From an uncultured Planctomycetota bacterium (lineage in GTDB: Bacteria; Planctomycetota; PLA2; JAEUHO01): a stretch of 64,000 nt of DNA. Under the pieces are notes generated by a model that had not been told where the DNA came from, did no database searches, and saw only the letters and a list, made by a program, of their open reading frames with translations. The DNA lies in contig CAVVXN010000004.1 of the NCBI GenBank assembly GCA_963752285.1, forward strand, positions 160,001 to 224,000, in the 5' to 3' direction. Of the stretch, positions 1 through 9,665 are shown in pieces. How positions within the stretch are numbered: position 1 is the stretch's first letter; each line of letters starts with the position of its first letter. Made by a program: the position numbers and the translations under genes.

Positions 1-1
1 G

Positions 2-961
2 CACCGGTTCCCCGACGAGTGGGAGAACGTGCTCCGGATCCTCTCGCACCTCCGGGCGCTCGCGGACGACCCCGCCGACGTCCCGCGTCTCCTCCTCGGC
101 GCGATCTGGCAGTACCGCCGCGACGACGAACGCCACGCCCGCGTCACCTCGTACGGGACGCACGACAGCCTGCTCGTGATCGACGCGGCGAAGATCCCCC
201 CGACCGGCGCCGAGCCCCCGCCTCCGCCGCCGCCGGGCGCGCCCTACCCCTGGATCCTCGCGCGCCACGACAAGGTGGTGCTCGTGCCGGGAGGGGAGTA
301 CACGCCCCTCGGCGAGCTGTTCCCCCCGCTCCGCTGGTTCCGGAACCTGGTCGCGGTGATCCCCGAGCTCGACCCCGGCGCGCCCGACCAGGCACCGTTC
401 GTGCTCGCCGAGATCCCCTCCCCGGCGGGGCCCCGCGCGGTCCACGCCGGCACGGTGATCTGCTTCGAGCTCCTCTTCCCCGCGACGTGCCGCGGCTGGC
501 GGCTCCGCGGCGCCGAAGTGCTCCTCAACGCCGCGAACTACGGCTGGTTCGGCCCGACCGGGTTTCGCGCCCAGATCCGCGCGGCCGCCGCGCTGCGCGC
601 CGCCGAGACGGGGCTGACGGTGGTGATGGCGGGCAACACCGGACCGACCGCCTTCTGGGACCCGCTGGGCCGCCGATACGGCCTCTTCACGGACGAGCGG
701 GGGCGGACCCTCCCTGCGGGCGGCGACGAGACGACCTTCGAGCCCGGCTGGGCGGCGGGACGCGTCCGCGCGGACCCGCGCCCCACCCTCTACGCGCGCC
801 TCGGCGACCTGCCCTGGGTCCTCCTCGGGCTGGGCCTGCCCCTCCTCGGGATCGTCTCGTGGCACGTCCGTGACCGTTCACGCACAATGACCTCCCGCCC
901 CGCCGGCGGCGGGTCGCATCCGGGGGGCGAGGCCGCCCGTCCGGAAGGTGAAAACCTTTGA
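2..961 (+). CDS. lnt: Apolipoprotein N-acyltransferase, 5'-truncated by window edge
   Basis: CN-hydrolase motifs HDKVVLVPGGEY, GTVICFE, NAANYGWFG, RAAETG..AGNTGPTA and C-terminal TLYARLGD followed by a TM segment. Confidence 0.9.
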   Translation, partial: HRFPDEWENVLRILSHLRALADDPADVPRLLLGAIWQYRRDDERHARVTSYGTHDSLLVIDAAKIPPTGAEPPPPPPPGAPYPWILARHDKVVLVPGGEYTPLGELFPPLRWFRNLVAVIPELDPGAPDQAPFVLAEIPSPAGPRAVHAGTVICFELLFPATCRGWRLRGAEVLLNAANYGWFGPTGFRAQIRAAAALRAAETGLTVVMAGNTGPTAFWDPLGRRYGLFTDERGRTLPAGGDETTFEPGWAAGRVRADPRPTLYARLGDLPWVLLGLGLPLLGIVSWHVRDRSRTMTSRPAGGGSHPGGEAARPEGENL

Positions 962-1092
962 CTCGCCATGGCGGCTCTGCCATAACCCGTGACGCCCGCG
1001 CGACCTGGGGCGGTCCAGGAGGGTGGCGCCGCACGAGGCGGGCGCGTTCAACGGACGCGGTGTCCCGAACGGGGGCCCGCGAGGAGTAGCGC

Positions 1093-1941
1093 ATGAGCAC
1101 CGTCGCCAAGATCCTCGTCGTCGTGAACCTCGTGCTGGCCGGCGCGTTCCTGGCATCCGCCTCGAACCACCTGGGTCAGCAGGAGACCTGGAAGACCAAG
1201 CACGACGCCGCGGTCGCCGACTACGAGCAGAAGCTCGCCGAGAAGGACAAGGTCAACGCGAGCCTCAAGGCCACGAACGACGCCCTCGTCGCCGAGGACA
1301 ACGACATCAAGCAGTCGAACAGCGCGCTGAAGAAGGAGAACGAGACCGTCCGCGCGCAGAACGACCTGCTCAAGACCGGGATCACCGAGTTCCAGAGCCA
1401 GAACGACCGTCTGACCGCAGCCGTCCAGACCGCGCAGGAGACGATCAAGTCGCTGCGGGACATGAACGCGGGGCTCCAGAACGAGCGGGCGACCCTGGCC
1501 GACCAGGTGCGTGCGGCGCTCGACCAGAAGGAGGCCGCGATCCGCAGCCGGAACGAGACCGAGGTCCAGAACGAGACCCTCCTCGCGACGAAGCAGCAGC
1601 TCGAGAGCAACATCGAGGACCTGAAGACGCAGCTCAACAGCGCCCACCTGACGGCCGAGAACGCCCTGTCCAACGGTGGCGGCGCCGCTGGGACCGCGAT
1701 GGACCAGCCCGCGCAGACCGGCATGGTCCTGATGAGCGACCCCTCGACGAACGTCGCGGTCATCTCCCTCGGCGCCGAGGACGGTGTCCGCCGCGGCTTC
1801 CGTTACACCGTCTCGCGCGGCAGCCAGTACGTGACGACCCTCGAGATCACCGACGTCGAGGCCAAGCAGTCCGCCGGTCGGTCCGTGAAGGACCTCCAGA
1901 AGAGCCCGATCCAGAAGGGCGACCGGGTCATGAGCCGCTGA
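1093..1941 (+). CDS. Membrane-anchored coiled-coil protein with C-terminal beta domain (FlgT-C-like ISLGAEDGV motif)
   Basis: GAGGAG RBS; N-terminal hydrophobic helix; about 170 aa of heptad-rich sequence; strong GC3 codon bias. Confidence 0.8.
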   Translation: MSTVAKILVVVNLVLAGAFLASASNHLGQQETWKTKHDAAVADYEQKLAEKDKVNASLKATNDALVAEDNDIKQSNSALKKENETVRAQNDLLKTGITEFQSQNDRLTAAVQTAQETIKSLRDMNAGLQNERATLADQVRAALDQKEAAIRSRNETEVQNETLLATKQQLESNIEDLKTQLNSAHLTAENALSNGGGAAGTAMDQPAQTGMVLMSDPSTNVAVISLGAEDGVRRGFRYTVSRGSQYVTTLEITDVEAKQSAGRSVKDLQKSPIQKGDRVMSR

Positions 1942-1966
1942 CCGAGGCCGCGAAGGAGATCCCCCC

Positions 1967-2155
1967 ATGGCACGTGACGTGTACGAAGACTCCGACGCCG
2001 CCGACGCCGAACCGCAGCGCGACGCGCTCGGCAACGCCCTGGTGGTCCTGACGACGATCCTCCTCCTCGGCGCCCTGGTCGTGATCCAGCTCTCGCTGAA
2101 GGACCACTTCAACGCCGGCATGTTCGGCGGTCCCCCGCAGTCGTCCGGCAGCTGA
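1967..2155 (+). CDS. Small single-pass membrane protein (62 aa)
   Basis: AAGGAG RBS; acidic N-terminus plus one TM helix; typical codon usage. Confidence 0.7.
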   Translation: MARDVYEDSDAADAEPQRDALGNALVVLTTILLLGALVVIQLSLKDHFNAGMFGGPPQSSGS

Positions 2156-2357
2156 CGCCGAGGAATTTCGGCGACACCCCCCGGCCTCCCGACGCCGGGC
2201 GCGGGCATCCCGAGCACGGGACTCGCGCCCGGCGTCTCGTTTCGGGGGAACCCCCGGTCCCTCGGCGCGTGTATCTTCCCGCCCGGAGGCGCGTCGCGGG
2301 CAGGACAGAGGGTTCGGTTCACCCCGGGGCCGCCACCGAGAGGACGGGACCTCGACC

Positions 2358-3410
2358 ATGGCGAAGGTGCTCGAGTGGCTGATCGGGAAGTTCTCCGTAG
2401 ACATGGGGATCGACCTCGGGACGGCGAACACCCTCGTCTGCGTCCAGGGCCAGGGGATCATCCTGAACGAGCCCTCGGTGGTCGCCGTCAAGAAGGGCAC
2501 GAACAAGGTCCTCCTCGACGGGCGCGCGGTCGGTGACACCGCCAAGGAGATGCTCGGGAAGACCCCGGGGAACATCGTCGCGATCCGTCCGCTCAAGGAC
2601 GGCGTGATCGCCGACTTCGAGATCACCGAGGCGATGCTCCGCTACTTCATCCGCAAGGTGCATGACCGCACCTGGGCGGTGCACCCGCGCGTGGTGATCG
2701 CGATCCCGTACGGCATCACGCCCGTGGAGAAGCGCGCGGTGATCAACAGCGCCGAGCGCGCGGGCGCCCGCAAGGTGTTCCTGATCGAGGAGCCGATGGC
2801 CGCGGGCATCGGCGTGGGGCTGCCCATCACGGAGCCGCAGGCCTCGATGATCGTGGACATCGGCGGCGGCACCACCGAGGTCGCCGTCATCTCGCTCGCC
2901 GGCATCGTCACGGCCCAGAGCGTCCGCGTGGCGGGCGACGAGATGGACGAGGCGATCATCAACCACATGCGGAACACGTACAACCTGCTCATCGGCGAGC
3001 AGACCGCGGAGAAGATCAAGATCGGGATCGGCAGCGCGTACCCGCTCAAGCGCGAGATGACGATGGACGTGAAGGGCCGCGACCTGAAGCAGGGCCTCCC
3101 GCGCAAGGTCGTCGTGACGAGCGAGGAGATCCGCGAGGCCCTCCAGGAGCCCGTGCGCGGCATCGTCGAGACCGTGAAGGCCACGCTCGAGGCGACCCCG
3201 CCCGAGCTCGCCGCGGACCTCGTGGACAGCGGCATCGTGATGGCCGGCGGCGGCGCGCTGCTCCGCGGCCTCGACCGGGTGATCGCGGAGGAGATCAACC
3301 TCCCCGTGCGCGTCGCCGAGGACCCCCTGACCGCCGTCGCGCGGGGTACGGGCGTGTTCCTGGAGAAGATCCGCGACCTCAAGGTCGCGCTCGACGCCGG
3401 CGAGGACTGA
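2358..3410 (+). CDS. mreB: Rod shape-determining actin homolog MreB
   Basis: [48 protein letters not shown] motifs. Confidence 0.98.
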   Translation: MAKVLEWLIGKFSVDMGIDLGTANTLVCVQGQGIILNEPSVVAVKKGTNKVLLDGRAVGDTAKEMLGKTPGNIVAIRPLKDGVIADFEITEAMLRYFIRKVHDRTWAVHPRVVIAIPYGITPVEKRAVINSAERAGARKVFLIEEPMAAGIGVGLPITEPQASMIVDIGGGTTEVAVISLAGIVTAQSVRVAGDEMDEAIINHMRNTYNLLIGEQTAEKIKIGIGSAYPLKREMTMDVKGRDLKQGLPRKVVVTSEEIREALQEPVRGIVETVKATLEATPPELAADLVDSGIVMAGGGALLRGLDRVIAEEINLPVRVAEDPLTAVARGTGVFLEKIRDLKVALDAGED

Positions 3411-3517
3411 CCCCGGGCGCGCCGAGACGCGAGGACCCGGATCGTTTCGCGCGGCGGACCGCCCCCGCGCCGCCGACGCCGCGAACCGCTCCCTCACACC
3501 CTCGGCGAGAGCGCCCT

Positions 3518-3549
3518 TGACGCGTCCCTACTCGCGGCTTCAATACCAC
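3518..3549 (+). promoter_or_regulatory. Candidate internal sigma70-type promoter upstream of mreC
   Basis: TTGACG -35-like box followed by a weaker AT-containing -10-like segment in the mreB-mreC gap. Confidence 0.35.
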
Positions 3550-3739
3550 CAGTGGGGGAGGATTCCCGCCTTCTCCCCCCCGGGTTGAGGTCGGCGGCCG
3601 TGGGGCCGGCGAGGTGATGTCCGAGGTGGCCGGCGGGGCCCGGTCCGACGCCGTCGGAGGGGGCAGGCATCCTGGGCCCGACCTGCGCGGGACCCGGGAT
3701 GGTGGTCTCCGCGCCGCGTCGGTCTCGAGGAGGACGGCG

Positions 3740-4579
3740 ATGCGGTTTCGGCGACGACACGCGTGGGGAGCGATCCTGATCGCGCTCTTCGCGCTGCCGG
3801 TGCTCCGGCCGCAGGGGATCCCGTTCCTCGAGCGACCGGTCGCGTCGTTCTTCGCCTGGTTCGAGGCGGTCCCGGCGCTGAACCCTCGCCTCTGGTCGGG
3901 GCGCGACGCGGACGACGAGTCCGACGGACCGCGCGCGCGCGCCCTGGCGGTCGAGAACGCGTTGCTGCGCGAGCACTTCGCCGAGCGCCTCCAGGCGCAG
4001 CAGGACCTCGGCCGGACCCTCGAGGCCCTGCAGGACGCGGGGCTCGACCGTCTGCCCCGTGCCGTCTCCGCGCGTGTGCTCCGGTCCACGGACGCGTCGG
4101 GCTGGCGCCAGAGCATCCTCATCGATCGAGGCGAGGACGACGGGCTCGAGCCGGGCGTCGTCGTGGTGTCGGGACCCGTCCTCGTCGGCCGCGTGGAGGT
4201 CGTGGAGGGCCGCTCGGCGCTCGTGAAGCTCTTCACGGACCGGCAGAGCCGCCTCGAGGTCGCCATGCGGTCGGACCGCGGCGTCCGCCTGACCGGGTTC
4301 GTCCGCGGCGAGGGCGCGGCGCGGCCGGGCGACGACCTGCTCGTCCGCGACGTCCGGGTGGGGGAGGACGTGGGGCGCCTGCTCCCGGGCACGCCGGTCG
4401 TCACGTCGAACGAGGACGTCCGCGTTCCGGCGGGGCTCCTCGTCGGCTGGATCACCGAGGTTCGCGACAAGGACCTCGACGGCCTGCCGACCGTGCGCCT
4501 GCGTCCCGCGTTCGACCTCGCCCGGACGACGCGCGTGTTCGTCCTGCTCCCCCCGACGGGCGCCAGCGCCCCCAAGTAG
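3740..4579 (+). CDS. mreC: Rod shape-determining protein MreC
   Basis: GAGGAG RBS before ATG 3740; TM plus short coiled coil; ILIDRGEDDG, LVGRV, VVTS, PAGLLVG motifs; operon position. Confidence 0.9.
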   Translation: MRFRRRHAWGAILIALFALPVLRPQGIPFLERPVASFFAWFEAVPALNPRLWSGRDADDESDGPRARALAVENALLREHFAERLQAQQDLGRTLEALQDAGLDRLPRAVSARVLRSTDASGWRQSILIDRGEDDGLEPGVVVVSGPVLVGRVEVVEGRSALVKLFTDRQSRLEVAMRSDRGVRLTGFVRGEGAARPGDDLLVRDVRVGEDVGRLLPGTPVVTSNEDVRVPAGLLVGWITEVRDKDLDGLPTVRLRPAFDLARTTRVFVLLPPTGASAPK

Positions 4580-4593
4580 CGAGGGAGGGGGAG

Positions 4594-5100
4594 ATGTCGG
4601 TCTTCGTGCTCTGGAGCCTGATCCTCGTCGCGGTCGTCGTCCCCGACATCGCCCCGCACGCGCTCGGGATCGGTTCGCACCCGCCGGACGTGTGGGTCCT
4701 CGTCGTCGCGTACCTCGCGATCCGAGGCAAGGGCTACTCGGCCGTCGGCTGGGCCATCGTCCTCGGCCTCGTGCGCGACAGCCTCTCGCTCGACCCGCTC
4801 GGGACGCACGCGTTCGTCCTGGGCACCGTCGCCTTCCTCTTCTGCGAGGGTCCTCGCCACCGCGGGCGCATCGACGGCGTCCTCGCGCTCGTCGTGACGC
4901 TGGCCGCCGGGCTCCTCGCCGGGTGGATCTACGTGCTCCGCGTGCTCCCGCTCGGCGGCCCGCCGCCGTGGGCCGCGCTCTGGCACGCGATCCCCGTCGC
5001 CGGCTTCACCACGCTCCTCGCGCTCGGGCTGTTCCCCTTCCTCGATCGCCATCGTCTCCTCGACGATCTCGTGGGCCGCACGCGTGGCCTTCCAGCGTAG
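4594..5100 (+). CDS. mreD: Rod shape-determining protein MreD
   Basis: Polytopic 168-aa membrane protein with PDVWV and GLVRDSLS..PLG motifs, between mreC and mrdA. Confidence 0.85.
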   Translation: MSVFVLWSLILVAVVVPDIAPHALGIGSHPPDVWVLVVAYLAIRGKGYSAVGWAIVLGLVRDSLSLDPLGTHAFVLGTVAFLFCEGPRHRGRIDGVLALVVTLAAGLLAGWIYVLRVLPLGGPPPWAALWHAIPVAGFTTLLALGLFPFLDRHRLLDDLVGRTRGLPA

Positions 5101-7675
5101 GCTCCGGATCCTGTTCCTGATCGCCGCGGCCTCGGCCGTCGTGATCTGGCTCCGCCTGCTGGAGCTCCAGGTCGTCGAGCGCTCGACGTGGGTGGCCGAG
5201 GCCCAGGCCAAGCGGCTCTGGATCCGCGACCTGAGCCCGCCCCGCGGCCGGATCCTCGACGCCGGCGGCCAGGTCGTGGCCCACGACGTGCCCGTGCCCG
5301 AGCTCGCCGTCGTCGGGTCGGAGTGGCGCCGGCGCGCGCGGGTCCGGTGCGAGGCGTGCGGGTCGATCTACTACTACGACCCCTCGAGCGCCCGGGCGGA
5401 GCGTCGCACCCGGCCTCGGCACTGCACCTGCGGCGCGCCGCCGGGCGCCCTGGTGCCCCTGCCGCCGGCCGACCTCTCGCCGCTCGAGACGGCGCTGGGG
5501 TTCCCGCCAGGGCGCCTCGCGGAGCTCGCCCAGAGCCGGGTGGCCGAGGTGGACCGGCTCACGCGCGACTACCGCCGGGCGCTCGTGGCCGGCGGCGAGT
5601 ACGAGTTCCTGATCGACGACGCCGTGGACCAGCGGCGCGACGACCTCCTGCAGCGGCCCGTGGTGATCGTGTCCAAGGTGACCGACGAGGTCGTGCGGCT
5701 CCTGGAGCTCGACGACGTGGGGCGCTACCGGGGCTTCGAGATCCGGTACGCGGAGCATCGCACGTACGCGCCGGACGGCCCCCCGGGCCAGATGCTCGGC
5801 TACGTCAGCGTGGTCGAGGGCGAGGAGGAGCTCGAGGCGCTTCGTGCCCGCTACGGCGACGACGTGAACCTCGACACGCGCCGCGGGCGCTGGGGCCTCG
5901 AGCGCGCCTCGGACGACGCGCTCCTCGGCAAGCACGGCGCGGAGCGCCTCGCCCGGGACGAGGCCGGCGCCTTCACGGTGGTCGTCGGCGGGTCGCCGCC
6001 CGCCGCCGGGAAGACGCTCCGGCTCGCGATGACGTCGGAGGCCTGCCGCCAGGCCGAGGAGGCGATGCGGGCCGAGGCCGATCGCGAGGGCTACGCGCCG
6101 CACGCGAGTCCCTCGGGCGGCTTCGTCGCGATCGACGTGGCAACGGGGCGCGTCCTCGCGTGGGCGGAGATCCCCCGACTGGTCGTCGGCGACGACCTGG
6201 CGCGCCTCTTCGATCCGGCCGACACGACCGCGACCTACGACCCGTCGATCGGCCAGTGGGTGCCCGCCGAGGGCCATGCCCCCCCCGAGGGAGAGAGCCG
6301 CGAGGCCTGGGCGCTCCGCCTGTCGAAGCCCGCGCCGATCTACCTCTCGCGCGTCTCCCAGATCGCCGTGGAGCCCGGCAGCACGATGAAGGTGCTCGTG
6401 GGGCTCGGGATGCTCGAGGGGCTCCACGCGATGCCGGCCGGGACGCTCCTCCCGCTCGACACCATGTACCCCTCGGGGTTTCCCTGCACGCAGTTCGCCT
6501 TCCAGCCGCACTGCCACATCCACGGCCCCGTGGACTTCGCGGAGGCGATCCAGGTCTCCTGCAACCGCTACTTCGCCCTCTCGCTCCGGCAGTACCCGGC
6601 GTGGTGGAACGTGTACCGTCACTCCGTTCCCGCCCTCCTCGCCCGGCTCGGGCTCGGACGTCCGAGCGGCGTGGACGTGTACGGCGAGCGGACGGGGACG
6701 TTCCTACGGGACTGGATCGACTTCGACCCGCGGGTCCCGGTACGCGAGGCCGTGGCCGCCCTCGAGGCGACCGGTCTCCACGTGGCGCGCGTGGAGGACC
6801 CCACGCTCCCCTCCAAGGTCGCCGGTCGATCGCCCGCCCGGCTGAAGCAGGCGCTCGTCGAGGCGACGCGCGAGATCGCAGCGGCCTCCGGCTCCGAGGA
6901 CGCCCTCCTCCGCGTGGGGGCGACGCCCGCCGAGGGACGCTACCTCGACCTCCACGTCGTGCTCGCGTTCCGCCGGCACCCCGAGGGACCCGTCCCCGCC
7001 CCGGACGTCGCGGTCGCGGTGAGGCCCGTCCTCCGACGCGTGTTCGGGCCGCTCGGCGGTGTGGCCGAGCCGGTCGAGGCGCCCCGGGACGCCGTCGCGT
7101 TCGGCATCCGGCTCCGTTACCACGAGCCGATCGGTCGGGAGGCCGGCGACGGTTTGGTGATCCTCCCGGACGACGGCCGGAACGTGGCGATCGGCCAGGG
7201 CCCGGTCGCCGTGACGCCCCTCCAGATGGTCCGCGCCGTGGCTGCGCTCGCGAACGGCGGACGACTCGTGACGCCGCACGTGGTCGGCTGGGTGGACGAC
7301 GTCCCGGTGCGGACGCCGAGCGAGGACCTCCACCTCGACCCGGCGGACGTCGCGCGCATCCGGGAGGGCATGCGGCGCGTGATCGAGGAGCCGGGCGGCA
7401 CCGCGTACTCCGCTGGTTTCGGGAGCGTGCCCGCCACGGTGTACGGCAAGACCGGGACCGCGCAACCCGGCACGTGGTGGATCGCCGGCGAGGCGCCGCC
7501 GCAGGGGCCCTGGCACCACTGGTTCGTCGGGTTCGCGACGAAGCCCGGTCGGCCGACGATCGCCTTCGCGTGCGTGCTCCACGCGCGAACGGAGGGCGCA
7601 GCCGGCAGCACGGCCGCGAAATCGTGCGCGAGATTCCTCACCTGGTGGTTCACCGAAGGCCCGGGCGCGGGATAG
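5084..7675 (+). CDS. mrdA: Class B penicillin-binding protein 2 with insertions
   Basis: RGRILD, GRWGLE, EPGSTMK (SxxK), SCN, AIGQG..VTPLQM, GKTGTAQ (KTG), HHWFVGFA. Confidence 0.92.
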   Translation: MAFQRRLRILFLIAAASAVVIWLRLLELQVVERSTWVAEAQAKRLWIRDLSPPRGRILDAGGQVVAHDVPVPELAVVGSEWRRRARVRCEACGSIYYYDPSSARAERRTRPRHCTCGAPPGALVPLPPADLSPLETALGFPPGRLAELAQSRVAEVDRLTRDYRRALVAGGEYEFLIDDAVDQRRDDLLQRPVVIVSKVTDEVVRLLELDDVGRYRGFEIRYAEHRTYAPDGPPGQMLGYVSVVEGEEELEALRARYGDDVNLDTRRGRWGLERASDDALLGKHGAERLARDEAGAFTVVVGGSPPAAGKTLRLAMTSEACRQAEEAMRAEADREGYAPHASPSGGFVAIDVATGRVLAWAEIPRLVVGDDLARLFDPADTTATYDPSIGQWVPAEGHAPPEGESREAWALRLSKPAPIYLSRVSQIAVEPGSTMKVLVGLGMLEGLHAMPAGTLLPLDTMYPSGFPCTQFAFQPHCHIHGPVDFAEAIQVSCNRYFALSLRQYPAWWNVYRHSVPALLARLGLGRPSGVDVYGERTGTFLRDWIDFDPRVPVREAVAALEATGLHVARVEDPTLPSKVAGRSPARLKQALVEATREIAAASGSEDALLRVGATPAEGRYLDLHVVLAFRRHPEGPVPAPDVAVAVRPVLRRVFGPLGGVAEPVEAPRDAVAFGIRLRYHEPIGREAGDGLVILPDDGRNVAIGQGPVAVTPLQMVRAVAALANGGRLVTPHVVGWVDDVPVRTPSEDLHLDPADVARIREGMRRVIEEPGGTAYSAGFGSVPATVYGKTGTAQPGTWWIAGEAPPQGPWHHWFVGFATKPGRPTIAFACVLHARTEGAAGSTAAKSCARFLTWWFTEGPGAG

Positions 7676-7683
7676 GAGGGCCG

Positions 7684-8823
7684 GTGCGCGATCTCACGCT
7701 CGGCGATCGGGTCAAGCGTGCGAACTGGGGTCTGTTGGGCCTCGGCGTCGCACTCTCGGTCGCGGGCGTCGTGCTCGTCGGGGTGGCGTCGCGGGACTCG
7801 TCGGCCGACTACGCGCACGATCAGATCCGCTGGACCGTCATCGGCGTGGCGGCCTGCCTGCTCGTGCTGGCCGTTCCGTACGAGCGGATCGTCCGCTGGC
7901 GGTACGTCGCGTACGGCGGCGGCATCCTGCTCCTCCTCGCCGTCCTCGTGGCGGGCGCGGGCGGTGGCGGCACGGACGTGCGGCGCTGGATCCGGCTCGG
8001 TTCGTTCAAGGTCCAGCCGAGCGAGTTCATGAAGGTGGTGATGGTCCTGACGCTCGCCGGGTACATCCGCTACGAGCGCTCGTACCGTCGCTTCAAGGGC
8101 CTCGCACTGCCGTTCGGGCTGACGCTCCTCCCCGTGTTCCTCATCATGAAGCAGCCGGATCTCGGGACGGCGCTGCTCCTGATCCCCATCCTCTTCGTCT
8201 TGCTCTACGTCGCGGGGGCGAAGCCGCGCCACCTCGGCGTCGTGGCCCTCGGCGGCGCGCTGGCGGGCACCGTCCTCTACCTGGTCCCCGGGCTGCTGAA
8301 CGAGTACCAGAAGGACCGCGTCCGCGCGTACGCGTACCAGGACAGCGGAAACGCCGCGCTCCTCCGCGACAAGGGCCACCAGCTCTGGAACGCCAAGATC
8401 GTCGCGGGCAGCGCGTCGTTCTTCGGCGACGGGACCGGCGAGGAGGCTTCCGAAGACGTCCGGTTCCTCTCGCAGCGGCACACCGACTTCATCTTCCCGG
8501 TCCTCGTGGCGTCGTTCGGCACGTTCGGGGCGACGATCTTCCTCGGCCTGTACCTGCTCTTCGTGTGGGGGATCCTCCAGACCGCGCTGCGGGTCCGAGA
8601 GCCATCGGGGAGGCTGCTCGCGGTCGGCGTGGCCGCGCTCTTCGCCGGTCAGGCGCTCATCAACATGGCGATGACGCTGGGCCTCCTGCCCGTCGTCGGC
8701 ATGCCGTTGCCCTTCATCTCGAAGGGCGGCTCGAGTCTCCTCACGTCGTTCGTGGCCTTGGGCCTCGTCCTGAACGTGGGCGCGGATCACCCCGTCGAGT
8801 TCGGCCGCGGCGACTTCGACTGA
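7684..8823 (+). CDS. rodA: SEDS peptidoglycan glycosyltransferase RodA
   Basis: RRWIRLGSFKVQPSEFMK, QPDLGTA, HTDFIF, GLLPVVGMPLPFISKGGSS; AGGAGG RBS before GTG. Confidence 0.93.
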   Translation: MRDLTLGDRVKRANWGLLGLGVALSVAGVVLVGVASRDSSADYAHDQIRWTVIGVAACLLVLAVPYERIVRWRYVAYGGGILLLLAVLVAGAGGGGTDVRRWIRLGSFKVQPSEFMKVVMVLTLAGYIRYERSYRRFKGLALPFGLTLLPVFLIMKQPDLGTALLLIPILFVLLYVAGAKPRHLGVVALGGALAGTVLYLVPGLLNEYQKDRVRAYAYQDSGNAALLRDKGHQLWNAKIVAGSASFFGDGTGEEASEDVRFLSQRHTDFIFPVLVASFGTFGATIFLGLYLLFVWGILQTALRVREPSGRLLAVGVAALFAGQALINMAMTLGLLPVVGMPLPFISKGGSSLLTSFVALGLVLNVGADHPVEFGRGDFD

Positions 8824-9053
8824 TCCCGCGTCGATCGCGCAGGCGTCGCCGGCGGCCCTCCGTCCCCGCCGCGGCGACGAGACCGGCGACCGGATCGTCC
8901 GCCAAGGAGCATGGAACCAGACCGCGAAGAGCCCGCGCTCGTCGCGGAGCCGCCGCCTCGATCCCGGAGTCCGGGCGCGCACGATCCGCGTCCCAGCGGC
9001 CCGCCGGGTGACGAAGCACGAACAAAACGTGCGGGGCGGGCGCGGGCGACGCC

Positions 9054-9512
9054 TCAGGGGGGGTACGTGCGGGTGCGGATGCCGTCCGGCGCGCTCGCGG
9101 CGCGTCGTTCCCGGGTCTCCGGGCGCTTCGCGCTTCCGACGTACTCGGCCCAGGCCCGCCGAAGGGACGGCGCCAGGGCGTCGAACGCCGCCGCGAGGCC
9201 CGCGTCCTTCCCGAGCCGGGCACGGAGCTCGGCGGGGACCTCTACCGTGCGAGGTTGCGGGTCACGCTCGAGAGAGACCTCGACGCGGTCGCCCCGCCCG
9301 ACCCCGGCACGCACGAGGAGCTCTCGGACCACCGGGACCCGCAACACGCCGTTCGATCGACTCGCCGTGCCCCGGAAGGGCGTGCCGGCGAGCGTGCCTC
9401 GCACCGGGCCGTGCCCGAGCGAGGCCGCGACCGTGGCGGGCACCTCGATGAAGGTCCAAGACGTGTAGGGCGCCCTCCGCCCGCCGACCAGGACGACCTC
9501 GAAGCGTTCCAT
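9054..9512 (-). CDS. DUF1905 plus YdeI/OmpD-associated family protein
   Basis: WTFIEVP..PVRGTL, GDRVEVSLERD..RTVEVPAEL, AKRPETRERR motifs. Confidence 0.85.
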   Translation of the reverse strand: MERFEVVLVGGRRAPYTSWTFIEVPATVAASLGHGPVRGTLAGTPFRGTASRSNGVLRVPVVRELLVRAGVGRGDRVEVSLERDPQPRTVEVPAELRARLGKDAGLAAAFDALAPSLRRAWAEYVGSAKRPETRERRAASAPDGIRTRTYPP

Positions 9513-9665
9513 GCGCCCGCCAGGATAGTTCGAGCGGCGCCACCCGGCGCCGGGACGCCCTCGCCCCGAACCGCAGGGCACGGGAGGACGCCGGCTCTCC
9601 CTCGGTCGCGGCTCGCCCTCGGGCCCGGCGCTATCCTCCCGCCTTCCCTCGCCGGAGACCGCCGC

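Noticed and set aside
8911..9468. 185-aa plus-strand ORF after rodA
   Set aside because: Low-complexity sequence antisense to the well-supported DUF1905/YdeI gene
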